A DNA stretch of 26,290 nt from an uncultured Lachnospiraceae bacterium (GCA_902783445.1 CACZQX010000069.1:1-26290), one strand, 5' to 3'; positions 17,538-25,759 are shown, counted from the stretch's first letter. Numbers and translations: made by a program. The notes: generated by a model from the letters alone, not told the origin.

Positions 17538-18370
17538 AAAAATTTATACGTTTTTCAATTATTTCAAGCCTCCTGGTATGCATGTTTTTAAGCCTTTGCG
17601 CCTTTGACAAGGATGCTCAAAAAGTCTTTGACTATGCAGACGTTTTAACAAGCGGCGAAGAAGAAGAAATTACAAATGCTTTCAAAGCAAGAAACGACGC
17701 CTACGGCCTTGATTTTGTCTTTGTTACGACAAACGACACGCAAGGTAAAGACGAGGTTCAATATTCGGATGATTTCTACGATGAAGGCGGCTTCGGTTAC
17801 GACGAAAACCGTTCCGGAATCATGCTTTTAATGGATTTTGACAATCGCAAGGTTTATATAAACACGGTAGGATCCGCTCTTGCCGAAATCAATGATGTTG
17901 AAATCGAAGTGATTTTGGATCAAGTATTTGAATACATGGATGATGAAGAATATAAAGATGCTTGCCTTGCATTTTTGGATGCTTCAATTGAGGCATATAC
18001 TTCATCAAAATACGACGATGTTAGTTATTCCGGCCACCCGCAATCCGATTGGTTATCCCCTGTTTTTGGCGATTCCAATCCGGACAGTGCCGCATCCTAT
18101 TTTAGAAAGCCTTATGTTTCCCTTCCTATAGCAGCAGGCATTGCTCTTATAATTGTCCTGATAATTGCTTTTGCAAGGAGGCCTAAAATGACTGCCGGCA
18201 GCTCAACTTATATGGCTAAGAATTCTTTTTCCGTGAAACATCAAACTGATGTCTTCCTGGGTCGACATACGGTTACGAGACGTATTGACGAAGGTGGCGG
18301 AAGTCACGGCGGTTCATCCCATATGAGCAGCGGCGGAATCAGTCACGGAGGCGGTGGACGTAGTTTTTAA
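17534..18370 (+). CDS. TPM-domain membrane protein with Gly/His/Ser-rich tail (YdjH-like)
   Basis: Signal-like N-terminus; VFDYADVLT..EEEEI, DFVFVTT, YSDDFYD, GIMLLMDFDNR (TPM domain); TM helix; tail GGGSHGGSSHMSSGGISHGGGGRSF. ATGA overlap with the upstream gene. Confidence 0.85.
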   Translation: MKKFIRFSIISSLLVCMFLSLCAFDKDAQKVFDYADVLTSGEEEEITNAFKARNDAYGLDFVFVTTNDTQGKDEVQYSDDFYDEGGFGYDENRSGIMLLMDFDNRKVYINTVGSALAEINDVEIEVILDQVFEYMDDEEYKDACLAFLDASIEAYTSSKYDDVSYSGHPQSDWLSPVFGDSNPDSAASYFRKPYVSLPIAAGIALIIVLIIAFARRPKMTAGSSTYMAKNSFSVKHQTDVFLGRHTVTRRIDEGGGSHGGSSHMSSGGISHGGGGRSF

Positions 18371-18487
18371 AACCGCAGGAAAAGTTATAAAACGCTATAC
18401 GTGTTCACACTTTTTTAAAACTTAATTCTAAAAGCTTTCACAATTAGAACATTTTTATTTCACTATTTACAAATAAAATGGAAATAT

Positions 18488-18563
18488 AGAAACAAGGAAG
18501 TTGTTTCTTATATGAAAACTTTTTTCATACTTATGTAAGGAAACTTACATAACCCTCCCTTTT
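18488..18563 (+). ncRNA. Candidate structured RNA: three tandem hairpins followed by CCCTCCCTTTT
   Basis: AGAAACAA-GGAAG-TTGTTTCT (18488-18508); TATGAAAA-CTT-TTTTCATA (18511-18529); TTATGTAAG-GAAA-CTTACATAA (18531-18552); C-rich motif 18553-18560. Strand and transcription are unproven. Confidence 0.35.
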
Positions 18564-18585
18564 ATTTAAACATTAACAAACCACA

Positions 18586-18622
18586 ACCAAAAAAGGATAC
18601 CTACTCGGTATCCTTTTTTGGT
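18586..18622. terminator. Bidirectional intrinsic terminator between the TPM gene and the histidine kinase
   Basis: ACCAAAAAAGGATACC-TACTC-GGTATCCTTTTTTGGT, a perfect 16-bp inverted repeat next to the kinase stop. Confidence 0.88.
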
Positions 18623-18623
18623 G

Positions 18624-19529
18624 TTATTCTTTAAAGATTACGCTTATTGTTGTTCCTTCATTTTCAACACTTTCAACTTTTATTTCAGCTTTATGCATTA
18701 TTGCGATATGCTTTACGATTGAAAGACCGAGTCCCGTTCCGCCGGTTTTTCTGGAACGACTCTTATCCACGCGAAAGAACCTTTCAAATATTCTTTCCCT
18801 GTACTGCTTAGGAATCCCTATTCCCGTATCCGAAACATAAAGAATGATTTTTCCGTTTTGCTTTTTCAAACCTACATGAACTTCGCCTTCCGGCTTGTTG
18901 TATCTTATGGCATTGTCAATTAGATTATATATAAGCTCGTGGATGGAAGATTCATCCGCCTTGATGGATAAACTTCCCACAGGCAGTCTGTCAAGAATCA
19001 GCTTGATATTGTTTTCCCCCGCAGATGCTTCCAAACCATCCATACAATCCTGTATGATTTTGAACAAATCTATTTTTTCGAATTCCAAAAGCTTTTCGGT
19101 TTCGTCAAGCTCTGAAATCCTGATAATATCGTTAATAAGTCTTAATAGTCTTGCGGATTCTTTTTTTATTTTCCCGGCAAATTCTTTCCTTTTTTCTTCA
19201 TCATCCATGCCCTCTTCAATAAGTTCCGCATATCCCGAAATAGCCGTCAAAGGGGTTTTAAGCTCGTGTGAAACGTTTGCGGAAAACTCCTGACGCATTT
19301 TTATGGTGGCTATGTCAAGTTCATTCATGGATTTTATAATGGGAAGCAGACTCCGTCTTACGGCTATATAAGCCACAAGTTGCGAAATCACAATAATAAT
19401 AACAACCGCAGCAATATACTTTATGGGTTTGTTAACGATTTCTCCCCACATAAGCATTGTAAGTACCGCAATTGCTATACCGGCTGTTATTAAAGAAAAA
19501 ATATAGATTGTTATGCCCCTTTTTTTCAT
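18624..19529 (-). CDS. Sensor histidine kinase (PhoR/WalK-like HisKA + HATPase core, minimal N-terminal sensor)
   Basis: H-box ANVSHELKTPLT, N-box NLIDNAIRY, G1 DTGIGI, RFFRVDKSRSRKTGGTGLGLSIVKH; two TM helices separated by about 8 aa. Confidence 0.92.
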   Translation of the reverse strand: MKKRGITIYIFSLITAGIAIAVLTMLMWGEIVNKPIKYIAAVVIIIVISQLVAYIAVRRSLLPIIKSMNELDIATIKMRQEFSANVSHELKTPLTAISGYAELIEEGMDDEEKRKEFAGKIKKESARLLRLINDIIRISELDETEKLLEFEKIDLFKIIQDCMDGLEASAGENNIKLILDRLPVGSLSIKADESSIHELIYNLIDNAIRYNKPEGEVHVGLKKQNGKIILYVSDTGIGIPKQYRERIFERFFRVDKSRSRKTGGTGLGLSIVKHIAIMHKAEIKVESVENEGTTISVIFKE

Positions 19530-20194
19530 TATTCCAAAATATACCCTACGTTTCTTACTGTTTTAATGTAAGCTCCTGCATCTCCGAGTTTTTGTCTGAG
19601 AGTTTTTATGTGCATATCCACAGTTCTGGACTCTCCGGCAAAATCATATCCCCAAACTGCCTCAAGAAGCTTATCTCTTGAAAGTGCCTTTTGAGAATTT
19701 GCTATAAAATATTTCAAAAGCTCATATTCTTTAAAGGTTAAATCAATGCTTTTACCAAAAGCCGTTACACTTCTCTTGGCATCGTCGATGGAAATTTCCC
19801 TGTAACTGCAATCTGATTTATCATCGTTTTTAAAACGTCTTAAAAGCGCATTTACTCTTGATACAAGTTCCATTGTACCGAAAGGTTTTGTAAGATAATC
19901 GTCCGCACCCATATCAAGGCCTTTAACCTTATCTATTTCGGATGATTTGGCGCTTATAAGCATAATGGGAATTGTAGATAAATCCTTGTTTTCTCTTAAA
20001 TCCTTCAAAAGACTGAGCCCATCTTTTCCCGGAAGCATAATGTCAAGAATGATAAGATTCGGCCTTGAATCAAGACACTCATTAAGCAGATTTTCCCCAT
20101 CGGAAAACTCCCTCACTTCAAAGCCGTTCTTCGTGAGGGAATAGCTTTCGATTTCCCTTATATTCTCATCATCCTCAACAATATAAACCAACAT
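19529..20194 (-). CDS. OmpR/PhoB-family response regulator (PhoP-like)
   Basis: IVEDD, LDIMLP, SAK, GADDYLTKPF receiver motifs; LTFKEYELL...SRTVDMHIKTLRQKL...TVRNVGY winged helix; TAATG overlap with the kinase. Confidence 0.93.
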   Translation of the reverse strand: MLVYIVEDDENIREIESYSLTKNGFEVREFSDGENLLNECLDSRPNLIILDIMLPGKDGLSLLKDLRENKDLSTIPIMLISAKSSEIDKVKGLDMGADDYLTKPFGTMELVSRVNALLRRFKNDDKSDCSYREISIDDAKRSVTAFGKSIDLTFKEYELLKYFIANSQKALSRDKLLEAVWGYDFAGESRTVDMHIKTLRQKLGDAGAYIKTVRNVGYILE

Positions 20195-20202
20195 ATATTT
20201 AC

Positions 20203-22329
20203 CTACACTTCAAAAATCAAATCACCGTATGACGGCATCGGCCATGTCGATTTGCTTACTATCATCTCGGCCGCATCTATATTGCTTCTAAGTTCATTCA
20301 TGGCAGGAATAACTTTATCTCTGTAAAATACCGCCATTTCCTTGCCATAACTCATAGCGCTTGCTTTGTCGGCAAGATCGCTTAAGTTTTCCAAAGCAAC
20401 TTTTGAATCCGTAAGATTTGCGGACATTTCGTAGAGAATCTCTTTTTGTGTGCTTGCCATTTCTTCTCCGATTGCCGAAACTACCTGATTTATGGATGTG
20501 GCAAGTTCCGTAGTTCCCTGAATAATTGCGGGAATAATATGTTTACTTGCAATGTCTATCATTGTTCTTGCTTCGATATTTATTTGTTTCGAATACATTT
20601 CGTATTTGATTTCGGCGCGGGATTCAAGCTCTTTTCTTGTGTAAATGCCGAATTCTTCAAAAAGTTTTACGGACTTATCCGTTGTAAGAGCCTCGATTGA
20701 ATCCACCATATTTGTGATGTTTGGAAGACCGCGCTTAACAGCCTCTTCCACCCATTCTTTTGAATAACCGTTTCCGCTGAAAAGTATTCTTCTGTGGTCT
20801 TTTGCAAGTTTTACTATAATATCTTTTGCGATTTTTTCCGCTTCTTTAGCATTTGCCGCTTTTTCAAGTTCATCTGCGATTTCGCAAAAACTTTCAGCTG
20901 CAAGAGCATTTAACACGGTGGTTGATTCCGCAACGGAATCCGATGAACCTACCATTCTGAATTCGAATTTATTGCCGGTAAAAGCAAAAGGTGATGTTCT
21001 GTTTCTGTCGGTTGCGTCTTTTTTCCATTCCGGAACGGCTGAAAGGCCCATATTTACGGTACCTTTTTGAATACTTGTTTTTGCCTCTCCGGTCTCAACA
21101 AGCTGATTGATAATATCTTCAAGCTGTTCTCCAAGGAATGCCGAAACAATTGCAGGCGGAGCCTCATCAGCACCGAGACGAAGATCGTTACCCGGAACCG
21201 CAACGGATTCTCTTAAAAGATCCGCATGTTTATCCACACCCTTAAGTATTGCCATTAAGAATACAAGGAATGTAATGTTTTCATGTGGCTTCTTACCCGG
21301 TGAAAAAAGATTTATTCCGTCATCAGTTGTCAATGACCAGTTGTTGTGCTTACCGGAACCGTTAACGCCGGCAAAAGGTTTCTCATGAAGTATGCACATA
21401 AGATTATGGCGTTCCGCTACCTTCTTTAAAGTTTCCATTACCAATTGGTTATGGTCCGTTGCTATATTTGCTTCTTCATAAACGGGAGCAAGCTCATGCT
21501 GTGCCGGAGCAACCTCGTTATGCTGAGTTTTTGCAGGCACGCCAAGCATCCAGAGTTCTTTGTTTACGTCTCTCATAAAGGCGCCCACGCGCTCTCTGAT
21601 GCTTCCGAAATAATGATCTTCAAGTTCCTGACCCTTCGGAGGCATTGCTCCGAAAAGAGTTCTGCCGGAAAATACCAGGTCTTTTCTTGCTTTATATTTA
21701 TCTCTGTCTACAAGGAAATATTCCTGTTCTGCACCGACATTGGTTTTTACCTGCTTTGATGATGTATTTCCCAAAGCCTTAAGCACACGCATTGCCTGTG
21801 TTGCAACCGCCTGTGACGAACGAAGAAGCGGTGTTTTTTTATCAAGCGCCTCTCCCGTGTATGAACAGAAGATGGTAGGAATACAAAGGATGGATCCCGC
21901 AGCGTCGTTTTTTATAAATGCCGGTGATGTGCAATCCCATGCAGTATAGCCTCTTGCCTCAAATGTTGCGCGAAGACCGCCCGAAGGGAAGGATGATGCA
22001 TCAGGCTCGCCCTTAATAAGCTCTTTTCCCGAAAACTCAAGAATTTGCTTGTCATTTTCCATTTTTCCCGATACAAATGCATCGTGTTTTTCCGCAGTAA
22101 TACCCGTCATTGGCTGGAACCAATGGGTATAGTGGGTACAACCGTGTTCCAAAGCCCATTCTTTCATGGCCTTTGCAATATCGTTTGCAACATCGCTTTC
22201 AAGCTCCTTGCCATCAAGCAAAGTCTTTTGATACTTATCGTAAGACTCTTTGGAAATTCTCTTTCTCAAAGCCTTGTCATCAAATACTCTGCAACCAAAA
22301 AATTCTGATACATTTGTGTTTTCTTCCAT
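20203..22329 (-). CDS. glnA: Glutamine synthetase type III
   Basis: 708 aa; THWFQPMTG, GEPDASSFPSGGLRATFEARGYTAWD, EQEYF, HNEVAPAQHE, HEKPFAGVNGSGKHNNWS, DRNRTSPFAFTGNKFEFR. Confidence 0.95.
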   Translation of the reverse strand: MEENTNVSEFFGCRVFDDKALRKRISKESYDKYQKTLLDGKELESDVANDIAKAMKEWALEHGCTHYTHWFQPMTGITAEKHDAFVSGKMENDKQILEFSGKELIKGEPDASSFPSGGLRATFEARGYTAWDCTSPAFIKNDAAGSILCIPTIFCSYTGEALDKKTPLLRSSQAVATQAMRVLKALGNTSSKQVKTNVGAEQEYFLVDRDKYKARKDLVFSGRTLFGAMPPKGQELEDHYFGSIRERVGAFMRDVNKELWMLGVPAKTQHNEVAPAQHELAPVYEEANIATDHNQLVMETLKKVAERHNLMCILHEKPFAGVNGSGKHNNWSLTTDDGINLFSPGKKPHENITFLVFLMAILKGVDKHADLLRESVAVPGNDLRLGADEAPPAIVSAFLGEQLEDIINQLVETGEAKTSIQKGTVNMGLSAVPEWKKDATDRNRTSPFAFTGNKFEFRMVGSSDSVAESTTVLNALAAESFCEIADELEKAANAKEAEKIAKDIIVKLAKDHRRILFSGNGYSKEWVEEAVKRGLPNITNMVDSIEALTTDKSVKLFEEFGIYTRKELESRAEIKYEMYSKQINIEARTMIDIASKHIIPAIIQGTTELATSINQVVSAIGEEMASTQKEILYEMSANLTDSKVALENLSDLADKASAMSYGKEMAVFYRDKVIPAMNELRSNIDAAEMIVSKSTWPMPSYGDLIFEV

Positions 22330-22359
22330 CTTGCTACTTCCTTTGCAATAAATCTATAT

Positions 22360-23436
22360 TTATAAGTTCTCGTCCGTAGAATTGGTAAACATGTCGGCCA
22401 TGTACCACTCTCCGCCGCTAGCTACAAATACCCAAGTGTAATCGCTGTAATTTGTTTCCTCAATACCGGATTTTGTTATAACCTGTGTAAAGGTCACATT
22501 GCAGGAAAATGTGTTTTCATCATAAAGCTTAACATCTTTCATTTCCGCCTCGGTAATATTTAAGGAACTGTGGCTTGCAAACCATTTTACATCGGAGGAG
22601 CCGATTCTCCATTTCATCTCGGTTCCGTCCAAAAGGTATGGTGAAAGTCCCGAAAAAGCCAAATCATTGGCCTGGAAAAGGGCATAAGGTTCTATCACCG
22701 ACAACACTCTTTGTCTTACCGAGTCGCAAAACTCCCTAGGCGCCTCGTATTTTGGACAAATAATGCCTTCTTTTTCTTCTGTTTCCAGTTCGTTTCCCGC
22801 TTGGTCAATAACTTTGATTTGCGGTTTTGCAAGAAGCTCCGCTATCTCATATTTTGTTTCGAAACAGCTGTCGGAAACGAATCCCTGATTATATAAGGAT
22901 TCCAAATCTTTTGGAGGAAATTGCCCCAACAAAGATTCTTCTTTTGCCTCTATTCCGTTTATGTAAAGACTTGCCCCGTGTGGAACATAAATCTCCAAAG
23001 CATCCTGCTGTATGGCAGTTTCAACAATGTCAACCGACGAGATTTCCCATCCCGTCATGCCAAATCCCACGCTGCCGCTGTTTTTAAACACGGTCTTGAT
23101 AATTAAGTCTTCTCCGACTTTTGCGTAATATACAGGTGCTTCGGCACTGCTTTCTTTAAGATTTTTCGAATATGTTATATCATCTTTTTCAATAATGTCT
23201 TTCAGACTTGATGCCAGGCTTTCTTTAGTTTCGTACGGGCTTGTAGGGTTAAAATATTGTTCAACCGTACTTTCCGTATTACTTTTCAAATCTCCGACGA
23301 ATCTTTTTATTGCATCGTCGGATAAACTTTTTTGAAAGCTTACAAGATAAGCTCCCAGCAAAATCATAAGAGCTATCATGCATCCCGCAAGTATCAGACA
23401 ATATATCAAAAGTCCTTTTGCAAACTTAGTTTTCAT
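22360..23436 (-). CDS. Hypothetical membrane-anchored exported protein
   Basis: 358-aa ORF with an N-terminal TM helix and SD AGGGGGA; acidic extracellular region. The C-terminus has an alternating beta pattern ending ..GGEWYMADMF (NTF2-like by pattern only). Confidence 0.75.
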   Translation of the reverse strand: MKTKFAKGLLIYCLILAGCMIALMILLGAYLVSFQKSLSDDAIKRFVGDLKSNTESTVEQYFNPTSPYETKESLASSLKDIIEKDDITYSKNLKESSAEAPVYYAKVGEDLIIKTVFKNSGSVGFGMTGWEISSVDIVETAIQQDALEIYVPHGASLYINGIEAKEESLLGQFPPKDLESLYNQGFVSDSCFETKYEIAELLAKPQIKVIDQAGNELETEEKEGIICPKYEAPREFCDSVRQRVLSVIEPYALFQANDLAFSGLSPYLLDGTEMKWRIGSSDVKWFASHSSLNITEAEMKDVKLYDENTFSCNVTFTQVITKSGIEETNYSDYTWVFVASGGEWYMADMFTNSTDENL

Positions 23437-23443
23437 CTTCCCC

Positions 23444-24439
23444 CTACCTGCTTACCAAAAAACCGTTGGGAACACCTCTGGCTCCCGTCGGCGATGAAGG
23501 GCTGCTTATAAGTTCTCCGTCATAAAACATTTGCGAAGAATTACCGCCATCCATACAGCAAGCATTTACAACATCATGTTTAATCATTATTTCTATCAAA
23601 TCGGTAAATGTTGCGCCGAGGCTTGATGCCTGACGACCGTCAATTACAAGAAATACCACCGTTCCGTCGGCTTTTTGGCCAATGGCGGTTCTGGGATTTA
23701 CTCCACCGCCGTTACCTGATGTGATTTGCGGCTCACCGTTAACCACAAGCACCGGTGCGTATTCGTTCTTTACGCATACCGCGTCTCTCATTCCCATGGC
23801 AACCGCTTCGGAACCCTTCATGGTTCCCACAACCAAGATATTGTCGTTTGTAAAGCCAACCGTAACATAAGGTGTATCATTACCGCCGTAAAGCACTTCA
23901 CCCTTTGAAATTACAATTCCGTCGGGTGTGCCGCCGTTACCAAGGCCGTTGGTATCCAAAAAGCCTCCGCCGTTTATGCCGGCAATGGCATCATTATTAT
24001 TGGCAATGGTTTCTATATCCACCCCTGCACTTCCGTCATAGGCACCTTTCGGCGCAACAAAGACTCTGGAAGGGTCCGATATTTCCATAATATGACCTTT
24101 AAAGGTACTGCCGGAAACCGCTTCAACTTTTATGGCTTCCTTATTTTGCAAGGTCAAATCACCGGTTCCGAAATTAAGCAGTGACGTGTCTGTAATCTCA
24201 TCCGTTGCCTCAACTGAGTTCTTGCTTATTATCTCATCAACTTCCGCCTCGCTTAAATAAACCCCCGGAATCCATTTAAGCGCGCTTGATTCTTTAAAAG
24301 ATAAAACCATAAGATCTCTTGCGTTTTCCGACGGACCGCACATAACCACGCTTATAATACCCACCAGTCCCGCAAACAAAATTGCCACGGTCAGAACTAT
24401 CACGATTATTATTCTTTTTATTAATTTAGCAATTGACAT
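23444..24439 (-). CDS. Phosphodiester glycosidase (NAGPA/EpsL-like) family protein
   Basis: N-terminal TM; AGINGGGF, VNPRTAIGQKADG, VIDGRQ, MDGGNSSQM motifs. Confidence 0.87.
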   Translation of the reverse strand: MSIAKLIKRIIIVIVLTVAILFAGLVGIISVVMCGPSENARDLMVLSFKESSALKWIPGVYLSEAEVDEIISKNSVEATDEITDTSLLNFGTGDLTLQNKEAIKVEAVSGSTFKGHIMEISDPSRVFVAPKGAYDGSAGVDIETIANNNDAIAGINGGGFLDTNGLGNGGTPDGIVISKGEVLYGGNDTPYVTVGFTNDNILVVGTMKGSEAVAMGMRDAVCVKNEYAPVLVVNGEPQITSGNGGGVNPRTAIGQKADGTVVFLVIDGRQASSLGATFTDLIEIMIKHDVVNACCMDGGNSSQMFYDGELISSPSSPTGARGVPNGFLVSR

Positions 24440-24457
24440 TCCACACCCCGATGCCCT

Positions 24458-25528
24458 TTAAGCAATACTTTTTTTCTTTTTAAATACCCATGCTCTTTGA
24501 AGCTGAAAACTGAATATAAACAATGCGCAGTCAACAATAAATTTAGCCACAACCTGCAATCCGCCTTCTATTCCCAATACCTTTGTAAAAAGGAAGACGA
24601 GGCCGTAGGACGAAAGCATAATACCTATGCATAATATATAGTATTTAACCGCCGTTTTTGCGATGGATTCATCCGATTTAAATACGGCTTTTCTGTTAAA
24701 CATAAAATTATAGAAGGACGAAATGGCCCTGGCAAGAGCCGTTGCCAGCAAAAGTCTCGTGGCATCGTCAAACATTTTGAAAACCAAAAGGTTAAACAGC
24801 GCAAACAAAACAATATCGATTACCGCCGCCGAAAGGGAGCTGAAAACGTATTTTAATATAATTGCGTATATTTTAAAGGAATCTCTTATTACGTTAAAAT
24901 GCGAAGATTTGTTATCTTCTATGTATATGGTCGGAATCGGAACATCGATAAATTCTATTTCCGCATTTTTCATTTCAAGAAGCATATTTGTTTCGTATTC
25001 GTAACGCTCGCCGTTGATTTTGGTGAACATATCAAGATACTCAAAAGGAATGGCTCTAAGACCCGTCTGGGTATCCATGATTTTGATGCCGCAGCAAAAT
25101 CTGAATACGGCTCTTGTTAAGTTGTTGCCGAATCTGCTTCTGAAAGGAATATTCTTGTCTTTAAAAACTCGGGCGCCCAAAATAACGCTGTGGGGATTTT
25201 CTTTAAGCTTTTTCACACAGGCCATAATACCTTCGATGGTGTGCTGATTGTCACCGTCTACGGTTATGACACCCAATATGTCTTTTCTCGTTTCCTTAAT
25301 GTGAGCAAATGCTGTTTTTAATGCGCGTCCTTTTCCTTTGTTAACTTCGTGAGTCAGGACCTCGCATTGGCTATAAGATGCAAGCTTTTCGAAAGGTTGC
25401 CTGAATTCGGGCGCACTTCCGTCGTCCACAAGGACTATATCCTCAAATCCCGCCGCTATCAAGCCATCTACTACTTTTATTAAATCTTCGTCCGGATTAA
25501 GTGAAGGGACGATTGCCGTTACTTTCAA
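24458..25528 (-). CDS. Bifunctional GT2 glycosyltransferase / GtrA-family flippase-like protein
   Basis: IVPSLNP, VDDGS, NKGKGRALK, VDGDNQH, DTQTGLR GT2 motifs, then a 4-TM GtrA-like domain. Probable TTG start at 25528 after AAGAGGA. Confidence 0.88.
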   Translation of the reverse strand: MKVTAIVPSLNPDEDLIKVVDGLIAAGFEDIVLVDDGSAPEFRQPFEKLASYSQCEVLTHEVNKGKGRALKTAFAHIKETRKDILGVITVDGDNQHTIEGIMACVKKLKENPHSVILGARVFKDKNIPFRSRFGNNLTRAVFRFCCGIKIMDTQTGLRAIPFEYLDMFTKINGERYEYETNMLLEMKNAEIEFIDVPIPTIYIEDNKSSHFNVIRDSFKIYAIILKYVFSSLSAAVIDIVLFALFNLLVFKMFDDATRLLLATALARAISSFYNFMFNRKAVFKSDESIAKTAVKYYILCIGIMLSSYGLVFLFTKVLGIEGGLQVVAKFIVDCALFIFSFQLQRAWVFKKKKSIA

Positions 25529-25577
25529 AAAAATTCCTCTTTTCCTATTAAAAATGTATGCACGCATACCTTTCTAT

Positions 25578-25606
25578 AGCATACTAAAAAAAAGCAAAAA
25601 AAACAA
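25578..25606 (-). promoter_or_regulatory. Putative sigma-A promoter of the glycosyltransferase operon, with two T8 runs
   Basis: TTGTTT (25606-25601) - 17 bp - TATGCT (25583-25578). The plus strand shows A8 (25586-25593), GC, A8 (25596-25603). Confidence 0.5.
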
Positions 25607-25675
25607 GCAGACAGGCATATTATTTTGCAAGCATTTACGGAAATTGCACTTTTGGATTGTACTAAAATCAGAACA

Positions 25676-25699
25676 ATTTTTGTAATTATTTTTGTAATT
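25676..25699. repeat. Perfect 12-bp tandem direct repeat (ATTTTTGTAATT)x2
   Basis: Read directly at 25676-25687 and 25688-25699 in the divergent intergenic region. Confidence 0.8.
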
Positions 25700-25759
25700 T
25701 CAAGCTTCAAACTGCCTAAAATACTGGGTTTGTTTAATATACATCTTTTATACAAAAGA

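Noticed and set aside
18534-18549. TGTAA-N6-TTACA as a GlnR/TnrA operator for glnA
   Set aside because: The spacer is 6 rather than 7 nt, and the site is downstream of the operon between convergent genes, more than 3.7 kb from the glnA start.
18512-18560. Micro-ORFs in the hairpin block (plus-strand MKTFFILM; minus-strand ATG-TAA after AGGGAGG and MKKVFI) as a type I toxin or leader peptide
   Set aside because: They are too short for a membrane toxin, SD spacing is poor (about 13 nt and 3 nt), and no downstream gene is available to regulate.
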